A stretch of 64,000 nt of DNA. Source: Eledone cirrhosa. Lineage: Eukaryota. How positions within the stretch are numbered: position 1 is the first letter of the stretch; the number at the start of each line of letters is the position of its first letter. The notes beneath the pieces were generated by a model, which was not told the DNA's origin, searched no databases, and was given only the letters and a program-made list of their open reading frames with translations. Below are positions 29,557 to 42,871 of this stretch, piece after piece. Position numbers and translations under genes: made by a program. Location: assembly GCA_964016885.1 (NCBI GenBank), contig OZ024740.1, positions 167,648,001 to 167,712,000 of the forward strand, given 5' to 3'.

Positions 29557-29688
29557 CTGTTTACATGCCAACACAAGAGCAAGAATGAGGGGCTCATTCT
29601 AATGACATGGCTTTAAAAATGAGGCTCTTTGCATAATTGCAAACGAATCGAATATTATTATTAATGTTCGAAAAACTCAGATTACATT

Positions 29689-29719
<31 letters not shown>

Positions 29720-29727
<8 letters not shown>

Positions 29728-30320
29728 GCGTCTCCAACAGACCAGTGTCTGTCCTTAGGGCATCAACATACGTTAACCTTGGTCTTCCTCTTCTAGTGTG
29801 TCCATGTAGGGGCTCCCAAAGGAGCACTGAGTGCAATGTCAACTCTGGATGTCGGTAAGCATGTCCAGCCAACCCCAGTCTTCTCTGTGTCACTTTTGAG
29901 CTGACTTTTGGGATGCTGCCATACAGCTCTGAGTTTTACATCCTCAGTGTATACTGATTAATGTTCAGAGCCATCCTCAACATTCTCGTGTAGCACCCAT
30001 CCACCATCTGAGTGAGTTTCTTGGTCAGTGTCCAAGTCTCAGACCCATACAGCAGCACAGACTCCACTACAGCAATGAAGAGGCGGATTTGCAGGTCTCT
30101 ACGAAGGTCCGACTTCCACACCGATCTCAATCTGTGGCACGCCGCCCAGGCCTTGCTCTTCCTCTCAGCCACATCATCTTCCGTATTCCCAATCTTTGCT
30201 CCCAAATACAGGAAGCCCTCAACCAATTCTAGCGGCTTCCCGCCTACATTAGTGATCCCCTCTGGCAGCGATAATGAGGGACAGAGACCGCTGGAGAGAA
30301 CTCGTCCATGGATCTCGGGA
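29720..30320 (-). mobile_element. 3' fragment of a second RTE-related LINE (RT C-terminal part)
   Basis: LELVEGFLYLGA..RKSKAWAACHRLRSVWKS..ESVLLYGSETWTLT..YTRMLRMALNI and RRLGLAGHAYRH..RGRPRLTYVD; embedded in (TA)n. Confidence 0.85.
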
Positions 30321-31083
30321 ATTTTACCCGCCTTAGAGTATATATGTGTGTGTGTGTATGTATGTATGTGTGTGCATATATGTGTATATATATTCATATG
30401 GGTATGTGTGCGTTTGTAAATACGCATATGTATGCGCAGGGACATTGAAATACTCCGCCTGGTGTCTGGGCACGTGGTTAGCACACTGCGTGTGGGAGAC
30501 TCCTAGTTCTTGTTAGGACATCATACTAAGAGATAATAAACTCTTATGTAAAACCTGAGGTATCGATGGGAGCCAATGATGTTAACATTTGTTTGTACTT
30601 TATAAATACCTGTTACTGGTGTTAAGTGGAGCGATTGTTCCAGTGCAAGACTTTTCTTCACATAAAAAGCTTCAAACATAGGCATCACTTGATCTAAACG
30701 ACTTTCCCGTGTGTTACGCGTGCAAGGCATTTTTTTTTTCTTTCGCTACAAATAAGAATAAAAGAATCAAAGTCCTTCTCTCTGTTTGTACGACACATGG
30801 TTAATAAAACGTACAAAGGATGGCAATTCTCGAAAGTGAGATGTATGCATAAATATCCATATCTTTTTCTAAGAGTGCTGAAGAATAATAACGGGTCTTT
30901 CTTTTCTCTTCTTTAGTCTCGTCTATATATCATTTCTTCTCTATCCCAAACATACATATTCTCTTTTTCCTCGTTTCTATCTTCAAATGAAGGTCTAGTT
31001 TCTGAAAGTTTAAGACACTTTTCCAAAACTATCACTCGTTAAATACACATATATATATATATATATATACTTAACGAGTAATA

Positions 31084-31154
<71 letters not shown>

Positions 31155-31385
31155 TTAAGAGATGGTATCATAAATGGACCTGTTATTTTTATTTAAAGAC
31201 ATTTTTTTTCCAATTCCAACTCACCCGGCCAATTCCACCCTACTCTATCTAATTTCTCATTCTTTCTTCTGGTGAAGGACTAGCGTCTGAAACCCTAAGA
31301 CCCTCTTCCTGCTATTTCAAGCGTTAACCTAATATATTCCTTCCATATACTGTAACGATTGTGTTGTTTTTTTCTATTTACCATT

Positions 31386-31444
<59 letters not shown>

Positions 31445-32619
31445 AACACATGATGATAGCTTATATATTCATATGTAAATACCTATAAAGAAATAAAGGA
31501 TTAGCAAGAGAGAGGTAGAGAAAGATAGGAAAAGTAAGAGAGTGATAGAGCATGGTGTATATATGAGTGTGTGAGTGTCTATGTGGTGTGTTTGTTTAAG
31601 TGAAACAAATAGGAAGGAGCATATAGTTTGGGGAGATTTTTGTGTATGAAAATACATATATAAATATATATATGTTGTATTGGTTTCCTCTTCGCATACA
31701 CATATATATAAGTGCATATATTTAAAGGGAAGCCATATCTATTAATATATGTGTCCGCTTATGTATACGTTTATGTGTCTTTTATATATATATATGTTAC
31801 AATTTGAATGTAATAACATTTATAAATTGCTCGAATATATTTGCGAAGAAAACCATACACGTACATACCAAAAGCATTCACATAAAACATTGGAGTTATT
31901 TTTCTCATTTTTAGATATCTTTGTAAATATTTTTATTGAAAACAGTCGTGTCCAAACAGAGTAATATCCCATGGCAAATATATTACAGATAACTCTGTAT
32001 AACAACAATTTTAGTGTAGAATTGTTGCGTTCAGTTTGCATCATAAATTACTTTTTTATTTCGCTAGGGATTACATTTCACAGAGCAGGGATGCAGTTCA
32101 ACAGTTTAATCCGAAAACGCAATGTTGATGTATCCATCGTCTGTGATATAGAATAACGTATCCAAAGAAGGAGCAGCGTTTACAGATGAACAGCTCTAAC
32201 TCTGTCTGTGAGAAAGTAGCAATTTTGATGCAATACTCTACACAGAAAACATTGGAATAGCTTAAAATTATAACAATTTAAAACAGAATTCCTTCAAAGA
32301 TGAAGAATGTGTAGATGAAGCTTGGTATAATCAGCAGAGCAAGGTGATGACAAAGACTTTGTTTCAGGATAATTCAGGTCACAAATGATAGAGTCCAAAG
32401 TCTAACGAAGTAAACATGATATCGGTGAGGAAAGGTTGGATTTGAGCTTAGACACCAACAAAGCCGAGACAGCTTCCACACGTAATCCGACAATCCACCG
32501 CTCTGGACTGTTACATGAATAAATCTTCAAATATTTGTAAAACCTACATTATGATGCATTTTAGTTCGGTGACGACAATCTATGTATAGTCTAGTGAAAT
32601 AGTAAAACAGGGAAATAGC

Positions 32620-34420
32620 GAGAAAAGGTAAAAGGTAAAATGTAAAATGTAAAAAGTAAAATGTAAAATGTAAAATGTAAAATGTAAAATGTAAAATATA
32701 AAATGTAAAAGAAATAATGGATAAATAAAAGCAAAGAAAGGGAAAATAAAGTAAGACTATAAATAAAGTATGTATCTCCTGGATTAGGACAATGGGATTG
32801 ATGAGTTAATATATGAATACAACAACTCCAACGGTACGCGATGGGGCCCACCCACAGCCCCGGCGGACAGAATGGAGAAGGCGTTTCCCCGGAGGACGGC
32901 AAGGGAGACGCGCTGGAAGAGCCACTCCAACTCGCGGGGCTCACACCTACGGCTGGCCAGCTCAGCACCTATGGTGGTGAGTAAGGAGGTAGCCCTGGGG
33001 CCGAGGATACCAGAAGTCTCCACTGCCAGGGGTACGACCGCAAACCTGTCGGAGAGCGACCGGTATCTGAGGGGTTTCGCCCCCTCAGCCCGACGTGCAG
33101 CAGAACCTGGGTCAGTCGCAGACTGCACCAGGTTGCAGCTGCAGAAAGTGTCAGTGCAAGAGGAATCCCAGACGAGGGGTTTGCCACCGCGGAACGGGAA
33201 GAAGGTCATGCCATCTGGCCTTTTGCCGTCCCCTCGATCCAGCCCCACCGGCTCAAGCTGGGAAGAGAATCCTGCAGCGTGCAAGCCATGCTTAATGACC
33301 TCGTTGAGGGCAGCATGGCGTGGAATGCGGCCGGCACTGTGGCGACAGGAAAGCGGGTGGAGGCCGAATGAGTCCACAGTGGAACCGCAGCGACATTGGT
33401 GTGGCTGGCAGATCTGGAGGCTGAGCCTCAGGGAAACGCCGATGCGCAGGCTATGGTTGTCTAGCTGAGTGCCAGTGAAGAAGGAGGGCAGGGCATGGAG
33501 CCAGGCACCACGAAAACGAGCAAGGCAGTGATTGTCGAGCTGGCGCGTGCGCCTGTCTGAAGCCAGGCTGCACTGGGTGGCATCCCAAGTGTGTAGAGAG
33601 GACTTGACGTCAACAGGGGGTGAAGGAGGAGGGACATCTACTGGGCTAAGTCCCAGCCGGTCCCACGTATCACAGGCGGCCTCACGTTTCTGAATACAGA
33701 GAGTTCTGTTGTGTTTTGAAGAACCCTGCTGACGAGGACGCGGCACGAGGTTACCGACAAAAGATACGCCTGCAAAGTTAGTGAGATCGGAGACCGGAGG
33801 CCAAGGCTGCCATACCTGACAGGTAAAGTGGCCCGTTGCCGCCCTATGTCGTCAAACTTGACGTTGCATATCTCCTCAGCTACTGCTCGGATACAAGTAT
33901 AGAGGTCAGCGAGGAGAGATGTCTGGGTGTAGCACGGAGCAGTTCCTCAGCAGAAAGAGAGTTGGTTGTCCGTCAATCAAGCCCAGGCGGCTCGTGAGAG
34001 TCTGGAGCTGTTGAAGCCTGGACCTGATGGTGGCGCGGATGGTCGGCGGGTGGATCGGTGTCCCGAGGATGAGGACATCCTCTTTGGGGGTCACCTGCAC
34101 CTGGCGGAAAATGGACCAAGACGGAAGCTGCAAAGTTCGCAGCATCGAGGCTGACATTCACCACTTCCGACTTGGCCGAGTTTACCTGGAGGCCGATTCC
34201 CGCCAGGGCAGGAACCACCGATTGAAGGTCTTGGCAGACCGTCCGTACGACCTCGCCCAACGTAGCATCATCCAGATACCAAACGTTGAGAGCGGCCGTG
34301 ATACTCCAGACGATGTGGTCATTACCAAGGGCGAACAGGAGTGGTCCCAAAGGGTCGCCCTGTTGGACCCCAGTGGCCGAGGGTATGACCGTATCGATTC
34401 GGAAAGAATTAAACTCAAAC
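32620..34420 (-). mobile_element. CRE-clade non-LTR retrotransposon remnant (RT + RLE), 5'-truncated and internally deleted
   Basis: GVQQGDPLGPLLFAL..WYLDD; GAWLHALP; CRCG..HPLSC; RHAALNEVI; KRPDGMT..VWDSSCTD; PLAVETSG..WLFQRVSLAVLRGNA. (TTTTACA)n array at the 3' side (32625-32707). Confidence 0.88.
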
Positions 34421-35351
34421 GTAATCTCGGTAATATTTGAACGCAATTCATGTTGAACCAAAATAAATGCATCGTGGAATTTAATCCGACGTTTTAACAA
34501 GTCTCCCAATCAGAATTTTATTTATATTAATTTCATTGGCAATTGTGTCATGGTACGGAAAGTATCTGGTTGAGAAAAATAAAAGAAACTCGGACTGATA
34601 GTGTTTGTTAATACTCGTAGTTATTTTGTTTGATGCTCAGATATTTCAGCCAGCTTCCTGTCTCATGACAGCAGAAAATTCGATCATAGAACTTTTCGAA
34701 GAAATATCGAGTGCAGTAGTATCAACTCTTCGCTAACAGTATTGAATAAATACTCAATCAAGTTTAATAATGTTGTTCATCAGTAGATCAGAAGATTTGA
34801 ATTGAAAACACGCAGTAATCCCTCCTGATAATTCCCACGCTCTAAATCTACCACTTGCTTTTACTATATTTTCTATTCCCAAACATTGCATTGATTGCAT
34901 TAATTTTGGGAGCTGTTTCGTCGTCTACTTTTATTTCCATATTATATATTTGCCGTTCATGTTTAAGTTGTTTCTCTTCTTTTATTCCCATCTCATTTAT
35001 TACTTCTTTTCCGCTCAACGAAGACGTTTTACTGTCATAAAGTCTCAAGACATTTACACAAACAATTTGGAATTAAATGCACGTTTTTCACGTCTTTGTT
35101 TGTCTTTTGCATTTATTTTTTCTTGCCTCAAACAATTTTATCACTATTTCCGAATTAATGATTCTATAAACAGTATAGATTTTTGCGTTCTAGCCCCTCC
35201 TCTCTCTCTCTCTCTCCTTCTCTCTCTATCTCTCCCTCTCTATCTCCCCCTCTCTCTCTCCCTCTCTCTCTCTCCCTCCCTCTCTCTCTCTGACTTTATC
35301 TCTCCATTTTCTCTCATGCACTTTCGATATATATCTATATATATGTTTGTA

Positions 35352-35435
<84 letters not shown>

Positions 35436-35840
35436 CACACATATGTATACATAATAAATAAACGTATAATATAGATATCATATATCTTTTTATGTGGGCG
35501 AATGTATGTAAGTATATATATATGTGTGTGTGAGTGTATGTGTGTGTGTGACGCGGCAGTTACTTTCAAACATATTTATAGATGCCAAAATACATTGAAC
35601 TCTCAATCTTTTCCTTCCATTATTTTTCCGCAATAGTTTGCTATGCCTCTAGTTATATATTTCTACACAGTTTTATTGTATTTTCCCTCATCAGGTGTCA
35701 ACTTCAACCTTCCTCTCACTTTACAATAACCTGCCCCACTTTCTCTCTATCCATATATCTATCTACCTGTCCATAGATGCATATTCTCGTTCACTTTCTA
35801 AGTAGCTATATATAATATATAGACGTGCAAACTCACACAC

Positions 35841-35889
<49 letters not shown>

Positions 35890-35906
<17 letters not shown>

Positions 35907-36458
35907 TACTAAAAGTCTGTGATTTCTTGCTTGCTTGCTTGTCTGTAATGTAATACAGCCAAAAAAGCATAATGGGAAAATAGTTTGAGAGGAAGTTGCC
36001 CCTGAAATGGGAATACACATGGATAAAAACAAGTTTCGCATAAATCGGACCATGGGTTCCCGAGATATGGGGTTTTTCCGGGTACCTTCATAAACAAAGA
36101 GAGAGAAAGATAGAGAGGAAGCGATAATGGTTGTGACAGAGTAGATTGATAGAGAGACATAGAGAGAGGGAGAGGAGACAGAGAAGGAGAATGGAAGAGA
36201 GAGAGAGAGGAGGAGATGGTGGTGTTGTTGTGTGTATATATATATATGTGAGTGTGTGTGTCTATGACCCGTGTATATAGGTCACAGACACCCATATATA
36301 TATATACACACATACACACATTTCTATATATACATACACACACGTATATATATGGGCCTTCCAGTTTCATTTCACATTATATACCTGTCTGTGTTAATTT
36401 TAATTATTTAAACATTATTTTTAAGCGAACGTGACCCAACAAGTCACGGGTGGTCTAG
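35890..36458 (+). mobile_element. Non-autonomous Helitron-like element
   Basis: 5' (CTTG)n/CTGT region; 3' hairpin CGTGAC-ccaacaa-GTCACG followed by CTAG|T at 36455-36459. Confidence 0.55.
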
Positions 36459-36649
36459 TGTGTATATATATATGTAGGTAGGTGTTGTTATGTGCATTTA
36501 TGTGCATCCGTACATAAATACACCTACCCACAGACGCAAAAACAATATATATATATATATATATAGGTATGTGTGTGTGTGCGCATTTCTTTTTTGTTTT
36601 TTGCGTTTGCGGGTAGGCATATTTATGTGCGTATGCGATGATGCTTGTG

Positions 36650-36690
<41 letters not shown>

Positions 36691-37059
36691 ATCTAAGAAC
36701 ATAGTTTCACCCATGGTCTCACACTCCCTCTCTAGCCCTTATGTCTTTCTCCCCCATTATCCCTTCCTCTCTTTCTCTCTGCCACGTGCTCTCTCTGGCA
36801 TGGCTCTCTCTCTCATTCTTTTTCTTATTACTCTCTGCATCTTATTTATTTTTTACCCTCTTCTATTCTGTTCCTCTGTCCTGCACCAATCAGTCTATAA
36901 ATAAATAAATATAAAGAAGAAAAAAAGAAACAAATGTTAAAAGCAAACACAAACAATGAAATAGCTGAAGTGGAAGAGTAGAATGCAACATTTTCGTTGT
37001 TACTATTTTTGTTGTTTCTGTTACTGCATTACCAATTGGCAAATGTTCGCCTTGTCCTT

Positions 37060-37220
37060 ACTCACCACCATCAGCACAGTGTGGGTTACCCACAAGTGTG
37101 AGCCTCGTAAGCTGGAATGTCTCTTCCAGCGCGTTTCCCTCACCATCCTCGGAGGAAACACCTTCTATATTCTGGCCGCCGGGGTTGCGGGGTGGCCAGT
37201 GGGTGGGCCCCCATTCGTTC
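37060..37220 (+). mobile_element. CRE 3' fragment
   Basis: HKCEPRKLECLFQRVSLTILGGNTFYILAAG aligns with RRCEPRELEWLFQRVSLAVLRGNAFSILSAG of the 32.8-kb element. Confidence 0.8.
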
Positions 37221-37224
37221 ATAA

Positions 37225-39155
37225 TAGTGAGAGAGTACCACCCTCTGTTGTTGACGATGGCTCCCGTCATCTGTTGCTTAACTAATCTACTTATCCGTTC
37301 ACTGGCTTTACGTGTCGGTAGCGACACTTTAAGCTTCCAGCATCCTGGTCCTTGTCTATGTATTCCATCACGGTTGACTATGCAGATGACTAGTTTGTGG
37401 TCTGAATAGGCAACCATGTGCATTTGTGGACAGCTTAACATATTCCTGCCTCTCTCTCTAATAAAGAACCTGTCTAAATACGATCTAGATGTCCCGCTGA
37501 GGTTTGTCAACGTCCACTGTGGTGTAGTCGGGAAATCAAGTCGATACCTATCGGCCAGTTGAAATTGGCCGATTACATTTTTGAGGCTACATAATCCCAT
37601 TATGCGTTGAGGATACCATTCCAGTCCCCCACTAAAAGACTCTAGACGCTTAAAGAAGTCTGGCCGCGATTGGCCAGTTGGGGCATAAACGGCCACCAGT
37701 CTGAATGGCTCCACCTCCAACAATGTTCACGTCTAGGACTACCAATCTACCCTCCGGGTCCAAGTATACTTGCTGTACTTCGAGGTCTATGTTTTTCCGA
37801 AACATGACATCCACTCCCCTCCACCTCCTGGCTGACAGAGAGATGCATAGATCTCAAATTGAAGATGGGGGTTAGTTGCTGCCTGTTGTGGATCCTGGAC
37901 TCGGTGATGGCTATCACATCCATACCGTGTGACCTAAGGTCGTTTAAAAGTTGTCCCTGTTTCCAGAGCATCCCTAGGCCACGCACATTGACACTTCCAA
38001 AGGACGAAAAGGTACACTTACCTTTTCGTTTCCTGGAGATCGGGTTGTTCAATCTCCATGTGGGTGCTGGTGAGGGTGTTGAGTGGGGTGGGGAAACATT
38101 TTAATAGGACGCGGTTAATGGGCTTTTGACAGGGGTTGCCGACGTCCTGCGAAAATTGTTCTTTTAATTTATGATAGGTTTCTATCGAAACCCTTATCAG
38201 TTTAAGGTGTGGTTGAGAGTCTGCCTTGACAAAAGTTTTCCATTCAGTTTCTATTTTGGGGGTCTTGGGAGATGACCTCCATTAGGTTTTTGTTGTTTGT
38301 GTTAATGTATTTGTATTGTTGTTTTTTGTGTTGTGTTGTTTTGGTTTGTTGTTCAATTTGTAGTTTTCTTTTTATGGTGGGCATTTGTGTTTGGGGTGGT
38401 GTTGGTGTTTGTTTTGCTGGTAGGGGGGAGTGATTGTGGTGTTGTTTGTGTTGTTGTTTGTGTTGGTGGTTGTGTGTTCGTGTTGGTGATTGGTGTTTTT
38501 GTGGCTTTGCAGTGTCTCTTTTTTTTTCAGAGGCTCTCCTTCATCTTCACTTGGGGATGTAGTAGTAGACTCGTCTGGTGATAAAGGTCATCAGGGGCGT
38601 GTGGGAGGGGTATGTTGTGTGGTGATGGTGTGTTTGTGTGTGTGATTGTGGTAGTGTTGGATGGAGTGGGATGGGACTGTTTTTCAGGGGAATTGTTTTT
38701 GTTTTTTATGTTGTTTGTGGTTGAGCAGTTGTTTGTTTTTGTGTTTGCTTGTTTTGTGTGTTGTTGTCACTGTTGTCGTTTTGGAGTTGGTGTTCGTAAA
38801 TGTACTTTTTTTTTGGGGGGGGGGGGGCTCGTAAGTGAGGACAGGAGGCCTTTAAATGCGATGTGCTTGCGCATTTAAGACAGTGTGGCCTTCCTTCTTC
38901 TGCCGAAAAGTGTATTGTCTACTGGCACTCTTTCTGGTATCTTGGAAATTCTGTCCGGTTTCATTTGGACCAAAATTTCCAAGCTTGTACAGTTCCAGGT
39001 GTTTCTTGTGGATTTTTGAATCGACAGTATTATGTCTTCATCCTCCTCCAAGAATCCTGCCAGAATCCACCAGATGTTAATGTTGGGTGGTATATTGGTA
39101 ATGTTTATTTTTTGTGTTCTTTTTCCCATGTTTTGTATGGGAAAAGGTGTGTGTG
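37225..39155 (-). mobile_element. Degenerate Tx1-like element (partial ORF1 + APE), diverged relative of the adjacent copy
   Basis: MGKRTQKI..VQMKPDRI..FGRRR and NVRGLG..LLNDLRS..ITESRI, VAVYAP, SYLDRFF, YSDHKLV; many frameshifts. Begins next to (GATA)n at 39156. Confidence 0.85.
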
Positions 39156-39400
39156 GATAGATAGATAGATAAATATATAGATATATTTCTTTATTTACCA
39201 TAAAGGCATAAAAAGAAGGTACAAATACAAAGGGGGAGTTTACATATAATCGAGTAAAAAGGGTGTAACATGAAAATAATCGAAAATAACCTCAAAAGGG
39301 AGGGGACGTGATGGGGTTTGCACACACCCCCGAAAAAGTGTGCAATCCATTGCCCGGGGAGCACATGGAGAAGGTGCTCCCCTCTCCTTTACTTCTTTAC

Positions 39401-42400
39401 CTACAGGATGGTATACAGAGAAGGCCCATTTACACGAGCCATTCTCGCCACTATCACCCACCTTTCATAAAACTGCCTGTGGCCAAGCACCTCTCTCTCC
39501 ATTCTTATCCTTCTTCCGAAGTGATATCGGAAGAAGTAGACCAGACTATGGCCAGAGAGGAAGTTGCCTGACCTCAGACCTTTCAATCGTGTCCACCAAA
39601 CAACCTCTTTCAACATGGCTATTACGCACAGAAAAACCGCCTTTGCTTCCTTTGTGAAGAGGGGAGGCGGTTTGATTGTCATCACGGACTCGGCGGTCAA
39701 TTTAATCGGCGCCACCCGCGACAGCAGTCGTTCGGCGTAGCTCCACAGATCAGCCACGCCCGGACATTGCACCAATGCGTGCGTAACGGTTTCTTCGTGA
39801 CGCACGCATCTAGGGCAAATCTTTTTTGAGGGATCCCTGCCCGGGCGCCCGTGTCTGTAGAGCCTCTCTCGAACGGGTAGAGCCCCCCGGTAGCACTGCC
39901 AGGCCAGTGACTTCTGGAAGTTGTCCATTGGTCCTGGGCCGAAATTCCTACCGAACAGGCTGGCCAGTTCGTCTTCTTCCATGTCCAGCGACTCTCCAAG
40001 GGTTTCATCGCCCCTGCTAGCCACCAGCCCTCTATAGAATGATGAGGTGGATTCTCCACCGATGGCCTGGCCCGCCTGCCAGAGAGCCCTGAGCGCCTGA
40101 GCACACTCAGTGTGCCAGTCTCCCAGTTTTCCGGATCTTTGCTTGACCCAGGACTGTAGCTCGGTGAGCGAGACGAGTCTCGGAAAGGCTCGTTTCACGA
40201 ACGGAGCCCACACCGGTTGACCAGTGAGGAATACCTGTAGGTGCCGTAGCCCTAATGCGTGCCTACGCATCATCAACCACGGCATCCCCAGCCCCCCTTT
40301 CGAAGGTTGTTGGCAGCAGATGGATCTTCTCACCATAGGAGGGCGCTTCTTCCAAAGAAATTGGAAGAGCATGCGTTCCATGGTGGTGAGTGTTTCCTTA
40401 GGGCAAGGCACGACAGTCAGGCGGTAGTAAGTGACGGGCGCTATGTAAATGTTCGCCACCTCCGCCCGGCCTTTTAGGGACAGCTTACACTTGGCCCATT
40501 TCTGGGTTAGTGCAAACACCTTGTTCGTAACCTCGTTCCAGTTCTTTTCCACCTGGAGGTCCGGTCCAAACCAGACCCCAAGCAACTTTACCGGGCCCTC
40601 CGTCCAGTGTCCGACGACACCGTCAGGAGGCAGCGGTCTGCCTCTCCACGTTCCGAGTTGCAGCCCGATGGATTTTTCCCGGTTCAGTTTCACTCCTGAC
40701 AACCTTTCGTACTCCTCCAGTAAAGTACCGATCGCCTCGATCTACGAGTCGGTCGATACCATTACTGTTACGTCATCGGCGTAGGCCGACACCGCTTTGC
40801 TCAATCCTGGTTCCAGGGGGATACCCTGCAACAACTCCAACTTCCTCAGTAAAGGCTCGAGAGTCAATACGTACAGAAGGGAGGAGAGAGGGCACCCCTG
40901 TCGAATGGATCGTGTGATTTCGAACGGCTTCGAAAGGTAGCCGTTCACCTTGATCCTAGAACAGATGTGGTTGCTATGTAAGGCAGTGATCCAGCCTCTG
41001 AAAAGAGGACCGAACCCAGCCGCCATTAGCACCGCATCCAGGTAACCATGGTCGACCCTATCGAAGGCCTTAGACTGATCCAAGTTGATCAGGGCCCCAC
41101 CGAAGCCGGGTTTGTTGCCAACCCTCTCTATGATGTATCGCATGAGGTGGAGGTTATCGTGAATGGACCTGGATGGGATAGCACATGTCTGCGCATCTCC
41201 CACCAGGCCACCCACGACAAGCGCCAACCTCTTTGCTAACACCTTGGCCAAAATCTTTAACTCTGTGTTTAGCAGGGTTATGGGCCGAAAATTATTTATA
41301 CTATCTCCCTTGTTCTCGTCCTTCCTCACCAGCGTGACTACGCCCTTGGCTACAGAACAAGGAATTCTCCTGTTCTGCTGCCAATTGCAGTAGACCGCTT
41401 CGAGGAGTTCGGAGAAGAAGACCGGCATTGCTAAATAATGTTCGTAAGGTATACCATCGAGACCTGGAGATTTGCGTCTGCTGCATTGGCTCAGCGCATC
41501 TCCGATCTCATCAGCCGAGATTGGTCCCTCGCAGGACTCTGCCTCTCCGCTCGAGAGACGCGGTAGGCCGTCGAGGTATGGACCGAAATCCACGCCCCCG
41601 CCCGGACCCTCGCCTCCCCCGAACAATCGGGCAAAGTGTCTTTGAAAGGCCTCGCACATCTGCTTAGGCTCCCGGATCATCCGTCCATCTTCGTCTTGCA
41701 ACGACCGGATGGTGGATCGATTTCCACTCTTAGCTTCTGTCACGCGGGCCCAGCCAACGGCTTTGGCCCCCTCATTACCTAGAGCACGTATTTTACTTCG
41801 AATGACGCAGCCTTCGTGCTTTGCATCGAAAAACTGGTTCAAGGCCGTCCTCGATGCCAGCACTCTGGCCACATCTTCGCTCTTGATTGCCTCTTCTAAT
41901 TTACCTGTTAATTCCTTCTCGTTTCTATTCCTATCGGCAGCTAACATCTTGCTATAACTTATTGATTCTGTTCTAATCTCTCTTTTGAGAGATGCCCACC
42001 ATCGGTTGTTGACGATTGCACCCGTCAACCTCTCCTTAACTAATCTGCTAATCCGGTTTCTGTAAGTCTCTTTTGCCGGTAAAGACAAATTAAGTTTCCA
42101 GTAACCGGGACCCTGTTTATGTGTTTTCTCGAGATTGACTACGCAGGTCACTAATTTGTGATCCGTGTAGCCAACCGTGCGCATTTCTGGACAGCTTAAT
42201 ATGTCCCTATCCTTACTTCTAACTAAGAATCTATCTAAGTACGATCTAGACTGACCACTGTGGTTTCTCCGAGTCCAGGTAGGCACAGTTGGAAAATCTA
42301 GTCGATATCTATCGACCAAGTTAAAACGGTCGAGTAACCCCTTGAGGCTGTTACACCCCCCTCTATTAGGACATGCTCCTGCATAGTCCCAACGTGCATC

Positions 42401-42838
42401 TAGGATGTCATTCCAATCCCCCGCTAGAAGCAGGGAACGTGACGTTCCCAGAAAAGTCTCCAAACGCTGGAAGAAGTCGGGCCGTGCAGCTCCGAAAGGG
42501 GAGTAGACGGCGACCAGTCTCAAGGCCGCACTTTCACTACTGCCAACGTCTAGCACCAACAAACGACCCTCCGGGTCCGAGTGCACAACCTGTACGGCAA
42601 GACCCAGGTGTTTTTGCAGCAGTACGACAACCCCACCCCCACCTCCAGGTTGACAGAGAGATGCATGCACCTCAAAGTCATCGAAGGTGGGGGCCAGCTG
42701 CCGCACGACGCTGATTCGAGTCTCACAGATAACCATTACATTTATACTACATGACCTGAGGTCATTTAGAAGCTTTGCTTGCTTCCAAGTTGAGCCCAGG
42801 CCACGTGCATTCAAACATCCTACTCTTAACACATCCAT
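39401..42838 (-). pseudogene. Tx1 ORF2: AP endonuclease, reverse transcriptase and CCHC domain; one in-frame TAG (40744-40742)
   Basis: CLNARGL, ICETRI, LAGDWN, SYLDRF, TDHKLV, KSPGLDG, FRPITLLN, LDQSKAFDRVDH, IRQGCPLS, AYADD, GGLGMP, CPRC..ETVTHALVQC. The two track ORFs share one frame (39 nt apart). Confidence 0.93.
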
Positions 42839-42871
42839 GTGGGCGGCAGAGCCAAAGGAGAGTGTAGAGAC

